In this document: positions 51,624 to 60,764 of the stretch, piece by piece
Layout of the letters: every line of letters starts with the position of its first letter
Position numbering within the stretch: position 1 is the first letter of the stretch
Source of the DNA: an uncultured Actinomycetes bacterium
GTDB lineage: Bacteria > Actinomycetota > Thermoleophilia > Gaiellales > JALYLC01
DNA length: 64,000 nt
Direction of reading: 5' to 3'
Assembly (NCBI GenBank): GCA_963713435.1
Contig: CAVQLU010000003.1
Location: 524-64,523 of the forward strand
Notes under the pieces: model-generated
Seen by the model: only the letters and a program-made list of their open reading frames with translations
Told to the model about the DNA's origin: nothing
Database searches by the model: none
Program-made: the position numbers and the translations under genes

Positions 51624-53476
51624 GGAAGCCGGCGGTCGTGCGGCGCTTCGTCGGTGCCTCGGCCGTGGTGATCGCCGCCGGCGCCGCTCTCGCCGCCGTC
51701 GTCGGCACCGCGCTCGCGGGCTGGGCCGGCTGGGCGGTCTTCGGCGTCATCTGCCTGGCCGTCGTCACCTGGGCCTGGGCCTCGTTCACGCCCAACTCCG
51801 CGCTCTTCGGCAAGGTCGTGACCGGACGCGGCACGAACGACCGCGTGCTGGCGCTGACGTTCGACGACGGCCCCTCCTCGGAGTGGACGCCCGGCGTGCT
51901 GGATGCGCTGCGCGCGAGCGGCGTGCGCGCCACCTTCTTCGTGCTCGGCCGCCATGTCGAGGCGCACCCCGACCTGGTACGCCGCATCAGCGACGAGGGC
52001 CACGAGATCGCCTCTCACGGCTACGACCACGCGCTGCTCACGTTCGCCTCGCAGGCCGACGTCGACCGCCAGCTGGAGCGCACCGAGGCCTCGCTCGAGA
52101 GCGCGCTCGGCTATCAGCCCCACCCGCTGCTCTTCCGCGCGCCGCACGGGTTCCGCAACCCGTTCGTGGCGCGCGCGACTTCGCAGCGCGGCTATTCCGT
52201 CGTGGGCTGGACGAAGGGCGTCTGGGACACCGCCAAGCCGGGCGTCGAGGCGATCGTGCGGCGCACGACCGTCGGCTTCCGGCCGGGCGGGATCCTGCTG
52301 CTGCACGATGCCGACGGCAGCGGGGCGGGCGACGACCGCAGCCAGACCGTCGAGGCCGTGCCCGAGATCGTCGAGCGCGCGCACGCGGCGGGCTACGAGC
52401 TCGTGACCGTCTCCGAGCTCGCCACCAAGGCGCCCGCGAAGCGCACGGCGCCCTGGCGCATCGCACTCGGGCTCGCGCTCTTCGCCGTGCTGCTCGAGCT
52501 GGCCCTGCGCACGGTCGACCTCAGCACCGTCAGCAACGTCAACATCGCCTGGTGGTGGGTGCTCGCGTCCCTGGCGCTCAACCTGGCCTCGATCCTGCTC
52601 AAGGCGGTCGTCTGGAAGGCCGCCCTCGACACGATTCCCGACCACCCCCGCTTCCACTACGCGGACGTCGTGCCCGCGCTCTTCATCGGCTTCCTGCTCA
52701 ACACCCTGCTGCCGGCGCGCCTCGGCGAGATCGGGCGCGTGGCCGTGCTGCAGCGACGCCTGCGGCTGGAGGGCGACAACGTGCCGACCGCCACGCTGGC
52801 GGGCTCGCTGGTGGCCGAGCAGATCGTGCTCGCCATCGCGCTCGTGATGATCATGCTGCTGCAGCTGCCGTTCGTGAGCGTGCCCCAGCGCTTCGAGGGC
52901 ATGATCCTGGCCTTCGGCGGCGTCGTCATCGTCGTGCTGCTCGCGGTCATCGGGCTGGAGGCGTTCTCGCGCCGGCACCGCGGCAGCCTCACGCCGCGCC
53001 CCGACCTCGCCTTCGCGCGCGGCCAGCAGGCGCTCGCGATGCTGCACCCGATCGCGCGCGGCATGCAGCAGGGGCAGACGGTGCTGCGCCGCCCGCGCAG
53101 CGCGACATTCGCGCTGCTCGCGGGCCTGGCTTCCTGGGCGGCCCAGATCGGCGGCATCTACGCCGCCCTCGCGGCAGCCGACATCCACCCCACGCTCGGC
53201 ATGGCCGGGCTCGTGTTCCTCGTCTCCACGCTCGTGCAGCTCTTCCCCTTCTGGCCCGGCAACGTCGGCCTCTTCCAGGCAGCGGTCGCCCAGGTGCTCG
53301 TGCAGGCCTACCCGATCGACTTCCCGCACGCGCTCGCGTTCGCCGTCGGGCTGCAGGTGATCGAGGTCTGCCTCGGCGTCGGCCTGGGGTTCGTGTTCCT
53401 CTCTCGCGAGGGCCTCTCGCTGGCCGAGGTGCGCGGCCTGCGCGGCGACGACTCGAGCGACGACTCGAGCACTTAA
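51620..53476 (+). CDS. CE4 (NodB) deacetylase fused to LPG-synthase-TM/flippase-like domain
   Basis: LTFDDGP, ATFF, HGYDH, FRAPHG, ILLLHD; then NTLLPARLGEIGR and FWPGNVG with many TMs. Confidence 0.85.
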   Translation: MRKPAVVRRFVGASAVVIAAGAALAAVVGTALAGWAGWAVFGVICLAVVTWAWASFTPNSALFGKVVTGRGTNDRVLALTFDDGPSSEWTPGVLDALRASGVRATFFVLGRHVEAHPDLVRRISDEGHEIASHGYDHALLTFASQADVDRQLERTEASLESALGYQPHPLLFRAPHGFRNPFVARATSQRGYSVVGWTKGVWDTAKPGVEAIVRRTTVGFRPGGILLLHDADGSGAGDDRSQTVEAVPEIVERAHAAGYELVTVSELATKAPAKRTAPWRIALGLALFAVLLELALRTVDLSTVSNVNIAWWWVLASLALNLASILLKAVVWKAALDTIPDHPRFHYADVVPALFIGFLLNTLLPARLGEIGRVAVLQRRLRLEGDNVPTATLAGSLVAEQIVLAIALVMIMLLQLPFVSVPQRFEGMILAFGGVVIVVLLAVIGLEAFSRRHRGSLTPRPDLAFARGQQALAMLHPIARGMQQGQTVLRRPRSATFALLAGLASWAAQIGGIYAALAAADIHPTLGMAGLVFLVSTLVQLFPFWPGNVGLFQAAVAQVLVQAYPIDFPHALAFAVGLQVIEVCLGVGLGFVFLSREGLSLAEVRGLRGDDSSDDSST

Positions 53477-53549
53477 GCCTCGACCCTCGCTCGACCGTCG
53501 TGCCGCGGCGCACCGGCACGTCCCCCCCACGCGGGGGAGCGAGGGCGAT

Positions 53550-55442
53550 ATGTCGAAGTCGATATGTCAGTCGATGGGGCGGTTCTCCTCGACTTGGCGC
53601 ACGTTCGCCGCGACTTCGCTCGCGCTTTCGCTGATCACCCTGATTGCAGGGACGCAACTCCAGGCAATGGCCGCCTGGCATCCGCCCGGGCCGACGCAGG
53701 CCGGACCCGTGAAGCGCGCCGTCGTGCGCTCGGCCACCGTGCCCTTCCGCTGGCACAGGGTCAAGAAGGCCCGCGGCTACGACCTGCGGGTGGCGCGCGA
53801 CCGGCGCTTCCGCACGGGCATGCAGACGGTTCACGTGCGCACACTCAAGGCCAGTCTCGTGCTCGCGCCGGGGCGCTGGTACTGGAAGGTGCGCGCCACC
53901 GGCAAGCCCAACTCGCGCTGGTCGAACATCGCGCAGATCACGGTCGCGCCGCGCGGCGACGTCTATCCGCCCACCCGGCCCAGCGCCCTGCGCGTGACCG
54001 CGGTGGCCGAGAACAGCATCACCGTCACGTTCGGCGCGGCCAAGGACGATCGCGGCGTCGTGCGCTACGACCTTCTGGGCGGCGGCAAGGTGCTGGCCCG
54101 CGGCGCCGCGGCGCCGCTCACCGCGCAGGGCCTGCCCTGCGCCACCCTGTATGCGCTGCGGGTGCGCGCCTACGACGCGGCCGGCCACGCTTCCCCGCTC
54201 TCGCCGGTCGCGAATGCCCGCTCGCGGCCCTGCACGGACTCCGTCGCCCCGAACGCGCCGGGGAACATGCGCGCGATCACGGTCGCCGACACGAGCGTCG
54301 CGCTGGCCTGGGACGCCGCGAGCGATCCCGACGGCAGCATCAGCCGCTACGCGGTCTATCGCAACGGCGTGCTGCTCGGGATGCCGCACAGCACGGGCTT
54401 CCTGGCCCGCAACCTGGCGCCCGCCACGCCGTACCACTTCACGGTCGCGGCGATCGACGGCGGCAACCACCGCTCCCCGGACAGCGCCCTCGACACGACC
54501 ACGCAGGCTCCGCTCCCGGCGACCGGCCCCGCCTACGCGTACATGCTCGCGACGACCGGCGCGAGCTTCGAGGACATGCAACGCCACTACCGGCAGATCT
54601 CCGTGATCGCGCCGACCTACTACCACCTCGAGCCCGATCTCTCGATCGCCGGCCAGGACGACGCGCTCGTGACGGGCTGGGCGCGCCTGCGCGGCATGTC
54701 CGTCGAGCCGCGCGTCGAGACGCAGGATCCGGCGATCCTGCACACGCTGCTCGCGAGCCCCGCCAATCGTCACGACCTCGTCGGCCGCATCTCGGCTCTG
54801 GTGGCCGAGAACGGCTACGACGGCGTGAACATCGACTTCGAGGCCGGCGCCGCCACCGATCGCCCCGCGCTCACCGCCTTCATGAGCGAGCTCGCACAGA
54901 CGCTGCACGCCCAGGGTGCCACGGTGACCATGGCGGTCGGCGCCAAGACCGGCGCCACCACCACCGGCCGCTCCGGGTTCTTCGACTACCCCGCGCTGGC
55001 AGCGATCTGCGACCGCCTGTTCGTGATGGCCTGGGATCTGCACTGGGCGACGAGCCCGGCCGGCGCGATCTCCGACGCCACCTGGGTGCAGAAGATCATC
55101 GCCTACATCAAGACCGTGCCGAACAGCTCGCGCTTCATCATCGGCACGCAGCTCTACGGCTTCGACTGGCCGCTCGGCGCGCGCGCGACGCCGCTCGAGT
55201 TCGACGACATGACCGCTCTGCAGGCCGGTCTCGGCGCACCCACGCAGTGGGACGCGGTCGCGCAGGAGCCCTTCTTCACCTACACGGACACCGCGGGCGT
55301 CTCGCACACGGCGTACTACGCCAATGCACAGAGCGTGCAGGGGCGGCTCGGCCAGGCACGCGCCGCAGGACTCGGCGTCGGCCTCTGGCGCCTCGGCGAT
55401 GAAGACCAGGAGACATGGAACATTCCCTCACTCAACCCGTGA
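53550..55442 (+). CDS. Secreted FN3-repeat plus GH18 glycoside hydrolase
   Basis: Signal peptide; three FN3-like units (VRAYDAAG, VAAIDGG); DGVNIDFE; VMAWD. Confidence 0.88.
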   Translation: MSKSICQSMGRFSSTWRTFAATSLALSLITLIAGTQLQAMAAWHPPGPTQAGPVKRAVVRSATVPFRWHRVKKARGYDLRVARDRRFRTGMQTVHVRTLKASLVLAPGRWYWKVRATGKPNSRWSNIAQITVAPRGDVYPPTRPSALRVTAVAENSITVTFGAAKDDRGVVRYDLLGGGKVLARGAAAPLTAQGLPCATLYALRVRAYDAAGHASPLSPVANARSRPCTDSVAPNAPGNMRAITVADTSVALAWDAASDPDGSISRYAVYRNGVLLGMPHSTGFLARNLAPATPYHFTVAAIDGGNHRSPDSALDTTTQAPLPATGPAYAYMLATTGASFEDMQRHYRQISVIAPTYYHLEPDLSIAGQDDALVTGWARLRGMSVEPRVETQDPAILHTLLASPANRHDLVGRISALVAENGYDGVNIDFEAGAATDRPALTAFMSELAQTLHAQGATVTMAVGAKTGATTTGRSGFFDYPALAAICDRLFVMAWDLHWATSPAGAISDATWVQKIIAYIKTVPNSSRFIIGTQLYGFDWPLGARATPLEFDDMTALQAGLGAPTQWDAVAQEPFFTYTDTAGVSHTAYYANAQSVQGRLGQARAAGLGVGLWRLGDEDQETWNIPSLNP

Positions 55443-56848
55443 AGCGCCTGCGCGACATCTTCGCATCGCTCTGCTGGCGCATCATGCTGGGCGGCTACTT
55501 CGTCCTGCTCGCGGCGATCATCTGGTTCATCAAGAGCTCGTACCTGCCGGCCCTCTGGCTGGATCCGATCTTCGGGCTCTACAGCCTCGCCGTGACCTTC
55601 TACCTGGTCTCGCGCTTCGGCCTCTCGGTGCTCTACCGCCCGGTGCGCCGCGGGCCGGACGAGCTGCCCACCGTGGCGGTCGTGATCCCGGCCATGAACG
55701 AGCAGGCCGCGATCGAGACGACGCTCGCGTCGATCTTCGCGCTCGACTACCCGCAGCGCCTGCTCTCGGTGTTCGCAGTCGACGACGGCTCGACGGACTC
55801 CACCTGGGAGCGCATGTCGTTCGCCGCGCGCCGCTTCCCGAACCTGCACGCCATCCGCTTCTCGCACAACCGCGGCAAGCGCGCCGCCATGGCGGCCGGC
55901 ATCCGCGCGACCGATGCGCAGATCGTCTGCTTCGTCGACTCGGACTCGACGCTCGAGCCCGACGCCCTGCGGGAGATCATCAAGCCGTTCCGCGACCGCC
56001 GCGTGGCCGCCGTGACGGGTCACGCGGACGTGCAGAACCGCGCGTACAACATCCTCACGCTGCTGCAGCAGGTGCGCTACTTCGTGGCCTTCCGCGTGAT
56101 CAAGGGCTCGGAGTCGATCTTCGGCTGCGTCACCTGCGCCTCGGGCTGCTTCTCGGCCTATCGCCGCGATCGCCTGCTCGAGGTGCTGCCGGCCTGGGAG
56201 ACGCAGACCTTCCTCGGCCGCGAGGCCACCTTCGGCGACGACCGCGCGCTCACCAACATGCTGCTGCGCCACAACCGCGTCGTCTACCAGTCGACCGCGC
56301 GCTGCGCGACCAACGTGCCGCACGTGTTCAAGGGCTTCCTCGTGCAGCAGACGCGCTGGAAGAAGAGCTGGCTGCGCGAGTCGCTGATCGCCTGCACGTT
56401 CTTCTGGCGCAAGAACCCGATCGCGTCGATCCCGACCTACGCCTCGAACATCTTCCCCATCGTGGCGCCGATCGTGATCTTCCACGCCTGCATCTGGAAT
56501 CCGATCGTGCACGGCGCCGACCCGTGGATGTACCTCGTCGGCCTGTATGCGATGGCGGTGCTCTACAGCCTGTATTACGGCTTCACGCGCCGCAAGCCGT
56601 ACTGGTGGGCCGGCATCGCCTTCGTGCTGCTCTATGCGACGGTGCTGATCTGGCAGACCTACTGGGCCATCGCGACGGCGCGCAAGACCGCCTGGGGCAC
56701 GCGCTCGGGACGCGAGGACGACGGCCGCGGCTTCCGCATCATCGGCACGATCGGCTCTCCGCAGCCCTCGGGCATCCCGGTCTGCGCGGAGGTCGAGCAC
56801 GTCGGGACGGCGTCGCCCGCCGGCACCGAGCTCGGAGTCGCCGCGTGA
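55415..56848 (+). CDS. Processive GT2 synthase, hyaluronan synthase/NodC-like
   Basis: VDDGSTD, NRGKR, FVDSDS, CVTCASG..AYRR, FGDDRALTN, QQTRWKKSW, WGTR. Confidence 0.88.
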   Translation: MEHSLTQPVKRLRDIFASLCWRIMLGGYFVLLAAIIWFIKSSYLPALWLDPIFGLYSLAVTFYLVSRFGLSVLYRPVRRGPDELPTVAVVIPAMNEQAAIETTLASIFALDYPQRLLSVFAVDDGSTDSTWERMSFAARRFPNLHAIRFSHNRGKRAAMAAGIRATDAQIVCFVDSDSTLEPDALREIIKPFRDRRVAAVTGHADVQNRAYNILTLLQQVRYFVAFRVIKGSESIFGCVTCASGCFSAYRRDRLLEVLPAWETQTFLGREATFGDDRALTNMLLRHNRVVYQSTARCATNVPHVFKGFLVQQTRWKKSWLRESLIACTFFWRKNPIASIPTYASNIFPIVAPIVIFHACIWNPIVHGADPWMYLVGLYAMAVLYSLYYGFTRRKPYWWAGIAFVLLYATVLIWQTYWAIATARKTAWGTRSGREDDGRGFRIIGTIGSPQPSGIPVCAEVEHVGTASPAGTELGVAA

Positions 56849-57903
56849 TCTCCCGCAAGGTCCCCGTGAACCTGGTCGGGGGAGTCCTGGCCTGGGTCAT
56901 CGGCATCATCGCCATCCCCCTCACGGCGGTGCCGTTCGTGGCCTACGCGCACTACAGCCAGGAGGGGCGCCTGATCGCGCTGCACGTCGACCGGCAGTTC
57001 CGCGGCCCGGCCTTCGAGCGGCTCGATCGCGCCGACGCGGCCTACGTCACCAAGCATCACCTGCACTACAGCAACGCGGTGCTCGTGCTCAACGTCCACG
57101 CCGTCATGGACGGCGACAGCTCGGACGGGGAAAACCCCGAGAGCTCCGTCCTGCCGGTGAAGCTGTTCGCGGCGGACATGCAGATGCTGCGCGACGCCGG
57201 CTACCACACGGTCACCCCCGAGCAGATCACCGCCTGGCGCGCCGGCGTGCTCGACCTCCCGCACGACGCGCTGCTCCTGACGTTCGACGACGGCCGCACC
57301 GACACCGTGCTGAACGCCGCGCCGATCCTCAAGCGCGTCGGCATGCGCGCGACCGTGTTCGCGATCGGCGACGCCTGGACGCGCTCCCCGCTCTACGAGG
57401 CATCGCCCGGCGGGCTGCGCTCGCTGCAGCGCCAGGGCTGGTCGATCGAGGCCCACGCCTCGGCCCCGCGCGCGAGCATCGACGCAGGTGACGGACAGAG
57501 CCTCCCGTACCTGAGCGCACGCCGCTCGGTCGACGGCCGCCTCGAGACGCTGCCGCAATTCCGCCGCCGCGCGGCGACCGAGTACCGCAGCGCCCGCCTG
57601 GCCGCCGAGAAGATCGCCCACCGCCCCGTCGTCGCCTTCGCCTGGCCCTTCGGCGCCTACGGCGCCGACACGCGCACGAACGACCACCGCCTGGCCGGCA
57701 TCAACCTCGAGGAAGCGCGCCGCGTCTACAGCCTGGGCTTCAACGAGGACGGCCAGACGACCTTCAGCCTGCTCACGAAACAGACCGACCCGATGCGCAT
57801 CGCGCGCTTCGAGCTCGTCCCGACGCTCACGCCACGCCAGCTGTTCGAGCGACTCGAGCTCGCCGTCGCAGCATCCGCACCGGAGGTTTCCCGTGCCGGC
57901 TAA
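56845..57903 (+). CDS. Membrane-anchored polysaccharide deacetylase (IcaB/PgaB-like CE4)
   Basis: FAADMQMLRDAGYHTV, LLTFDDG, ATVF, IEAH, FAWPFG. Confidence 0.82.
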   Translation: MISRKVPVNLVGGVLAWVIGIIAIPLTAVPFVAYAHYSQEGRLIALHVDRQFRGPAFERLDRADAAYVTKHHLHYSNAVLVLNVHAVMDGDSSDGENPESSVLPVKLFAADMQMLRDAGYHTVTPEQITAWRAGVLDLPHDALLLTFDDGRTDTVLNAAPILKRVGMRATVFAIGDAWTRSPLYEASPGGLRSLQRQGWSIEAHASAPRASIDAGDGQSLPYLSARRSVDGRLETLPQFRRRAATEYRSARLAAEKIAHRPVVAFAWPFGAYGADTRTNDHRLAGINLEEARRVYSLGFNEDGQTTFSLLTKQTDPMRIARFELVPTLTPRQLFERLELAVAASAPEVSRAG

Positions 57904-59282
57904 GGCCTCGCCCCGGGGTGCTACGGCGGCCAAGTGGCACTCGCCGCGTGTGCCACTTGGCCCGACCGCACTCACGTCGCCGACCCCGAGGAACCTCTTG
58001 CGAGGCCACGAGCCCGCCACGACAGAGGTGCCGCAAGGCCAGTACCCATCTCGTTCCGGGGGCCCCGGGGCGCATGCTGCGACGTGTGCTCTTCTCGGTG
58101 ATTTCACCGGGGAGGTCGGCGTCGCGAGTGCGCCAAATGACACTCGCCGCGAGTGTCACTTGGCAGCTCCGCGGACACCGGCGCCCGCCCTTCCGCCGAG
58201 GCTCCCGGTGCGCGCCAGGCCGCCGCTCCGTCGCGCCAAGTCGGCCAAGTGGCACTCGCGGCGAGTGTCATTTGGCATCCTCGCCCTGCTCGCCTTGCTG
58301 GCGACGGCGGTCTCCGCCGCCGGCGCACGCGCCGCCGAATCGTCTGGGGCGCTGCCCAGCGCGCGCGCCGCCGGTCAGCCGATCGTGCTCGCGCTGACCG
58401 CCACGCACCCGTCGTCGGCCGCGCGCGGATCGCTCTCGGCGCACTTGTCGTCGATCGGGCTCGTTGCGCCTGCGTGGCTCTCGCTGCAGCCCGGTGGGCG
58501 CTTCGCGCTACAACGCCGCCGATCCGTTCACCTCTGGGCTCGGGGCGCGCGGGGCGCGGCTCGTGCCGGTGCTCGCCGATCCGGGGCACCTGGCGGGCAA
58601 ACTGCTCTCCGACGGCCCGTTGCGACGCCGGCTGGCCGTGCGGCTCGGTGTCGCGATTCGCGCGCTGGGGGCACGCGGGGTCGTGCTCGACTGGCGCGAC
58701 CTGCCGCCGGCTGTGCGCGCGTCGTACGCGGTCTTCGTGCACGAGCTGCGCGTCGAGCTCGGCCCGCGCGCGCAGATCGTGGTGACGGTTCCCGCCGTGC
58801 GCACGCAGCTGGCGCTGCGCTCCAGTGCCTATGACCTGCGGGCGCTCGCCCGCCCGGCCAGGCTGCTCGTGCTGGCGTGGAACGAGCACGGGCCGCGCAG
58901 CGAACCCGGACCGGTCGCCTCGCTCGCCTTCTGGAAGCAGACGCTGCGCACGGTGCTGCGCGCGGCGCCTCGCTCGCGCGTGCTGATGGGCGTGCCGACC
59001 TGGGGCTGGCGCTGGGGAGCCGTGGCCGGCGCGGGCGCCGAGCAGGCGACGCAGGCACAGCTCTTCCCCAAGGCCAGCGAGACCGCGCTGCAGCGCCCCT
59101 ACGGCGCGCGCGTGGGTCAGCGCGCGTGGGTCGAGTCGGACCGGTCGGTGCAGCTCAAGCTGCTCGTCGCCCGGCAGGCGAAGATCGCGGGCGTCGCGCT
59201 GTGGGTGCGCGGAGGCGAATCCTCTGCGACGTGGAGTCAGCCGCTCCTGGCGCCGTCGCGCGGCGGAGGCGCCTCGCGGTAG
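57893..59282 (+). CDS. GH18-like protein, probably catalytically inactive (frameshift ~58505)
   Basis: Signal-like ILALLALLA..ARA; GVVLDWR, AYDLRAL, LAWNEHG..PGPVAS, LMGVPTWG, AGVALW. Confidence 0.7.
57929..58276. repeat. Three 33-nt palindromic REP-like repeats
   Basis: GCCAARTGRCACTCG...GWGTGYCAYTTGGC at 57929-57961, 58132-58164 and 58244-58276. Confidence 0.85.
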
Positions 59283-59433
59283 CAGGGCGCGTCGGTGAAC
59301 GCCGCGAGCGGGTCGCTCGCGCGCGTCGCCAGCGGGTCACGCCGCCGGCGCCGCCGGTCGAGCAGCAGGACCGTACCGCCCAGGAGGCCTCCGACGACGA
59401 CGCGGCGCGCGCGGCGGAGACGGGAGCCGCCCG

Positions 59434-59955
59434 TCACTGGACCCGTCGGTAGGCGACGACGGCCGCCACGACGCCGAACACCATCTGCAGCACGATCCAG
59501 TTGGTGGACAGGCGCGCGTGCGAGTCGAGGATGGGCACGGCCTGCCAGGCGATGACGTAGGCGAGGATGCTGCCGCCGCCGGCGATAAGGCCCACCTCGC
59601 GACCGCGGTAGTAGCCGCTCGAGCGCTTGACCACCTCGGCCATCAGCACGCCGATGCCGAAAGCGACCAGGAAGCCGAAGAAGCCGAAGCCGGAGTTGGC
59701 GAGCGCCCCCATCGCGATCCCGGCGCCGAGAGCGGTGCCGATCGCCGCGAGGATGGCCGTGGCCGCCCGCGCCGGCTTGAGGCGCACGAGAGCGCTGCGC
59801 GGCATACGCGCGCAGTCGCGGCACTTGACTCCCACGGGCGCGTGCACCATGCACTCGGTGCAGATCGGCTTGCCGCACGACGAGCACGAGACGAGCGTCT
59901 CGACGTTCGGGTGATTGGCGCAGCGGGGAGCCGGTTCCTCCTCGATCGCGGACAT
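59434..59955 (-). CDS. B-box-like zinc finger membrane protein
   Basis: CANHP..CSSCGKPICTECM..C..C plus four TM helices; leaderless TACGCT. Confidence 0.8.
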   Translation of the reverse strand: MSAIEEEPAPRCANHPNVETLVSCSSCGKPICTECMVHAPVGVKCRDCARMPRSALVRLKPARAATAILAAIGTALGAGIAMGALANSGFGFFGFLVAFGIGVLMAEVVKRSSGYYRGREVGLIAGGGSILAYVIAWQAVPILDSHARLSTNWIVLQMVFGVVAAVVAYRRVQ

Positions 59956-59984
59956 GACCCGAGCGTAGACGTTCGCGGCGAAAG

Positions 59985-60683
59985 CTATTGCCGTAGGCGC
60001 ACGACGAGGCGTCCGGACAGCGCGCCGTAAAGCGAGCGCAGCATCAGGCCTGCGATCGGCCAGGCCACCGCGGCCCAGAGGACGAGCGTCGCGACCACGC
60101 GCGCGCGTCCGCCGAGCGGCGAGAGCGCCACTCCGAACGCGAGGAAGAGGATCGCGGCGAACGCCGCAGCGAGCGCGCAGGGCAGGAGCGAGCGCCGGTA
60201 GCCGCCATCGCGGCAGAGCGCGAGCGAGCGCCGGCAGGCCGTCAGGCCCGCACCGTCGCCCGCCCCGGCCGCCACGGGGGCGAGTCCGAGCGGGGCGAGC
60301 AGCAGCGGCACGAGGAAGATGGCGGCCAGGTGCAGGACCGCGAGGGCGCCGAACGGCACCGCGACGAGCAGGGCGGTCGCGACGATTCCCGGCAGCGTCT
60401 CACGCAGCCTGCGCCCGATGAACGCGGTCATGGCGCCCGCCAGCGCAAGCGCGGCGGCCGCCGTGCCGAAAGCGCCGAGCGTGACGATCAGCTCGGGACG
60501 GGCACCGGCTGCGCGCAGCGCGACGACGATCGCCACCGGGAACACCGCCGCGACGAGTGCCATGAGACCGAACGTCGCGAAGGCCTGGGCGTAGCGCGTC
60601 AGCGCGGTGGCGACGAGATCGGCCGTGCGGATCTCACTGCCGCTCGTGTCCGTCGCCGGTTCCGCTGCGGGTGGGCTGCTCAC
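59985..60683 (-). CDS. Integral membrane protein
   Basis: Multiple TM helices; CACAAT 7 nt before GTG at 60683 (ATG at 60692 is an alternative start). Confidence 0.65.
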   Translation of the reverse strand: MSSPPAAEPATDTSGSEIRTADLVATALTRYAQAFATFGLMALVAAVFPVAIVVALRAAGARPELIVTLGAFGTAAAALALAGAMTAFIGRRLRETLPGIVATALLVAVPFGALAVLHLAAIFLVPLLLAPLGLAPVAAGAGDGAGLTACRRSLALCRDGGYRRSLLPCALAAAFAAILFLAFGVALSPLGGRARVVATLVLWAAVAWPIAGLMLRSLYGALSGRLVVRLRQ

Positions 60684-60714
60684 GGCAGCCATTGTGGCGG
60701 TGCGGCGGAGACGG

Positions 60715-60743
60715 GGGTGCCGGGCCCTCTCGGCCCGGCACCC
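60715..60743 (-). terminator. GC-rich hairpin, putative intrinsic terminator
   Basis: GGGTGCCGGGCC-CTCTC-GGCCCGGCACCC just after the stop of the 60765 gene; no strong U tract. Confidence 0.55.
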
Positions 60744-60764
60744 TGCGTCGCCTGGAGTGTCGTT

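Noticed and set aside
57929..58276. Palindromic repeats as a CRISPR array
   Set aside because: Only three copies, uneven 170 and 79 nt spacers, mixed orientation, and no cas genes.
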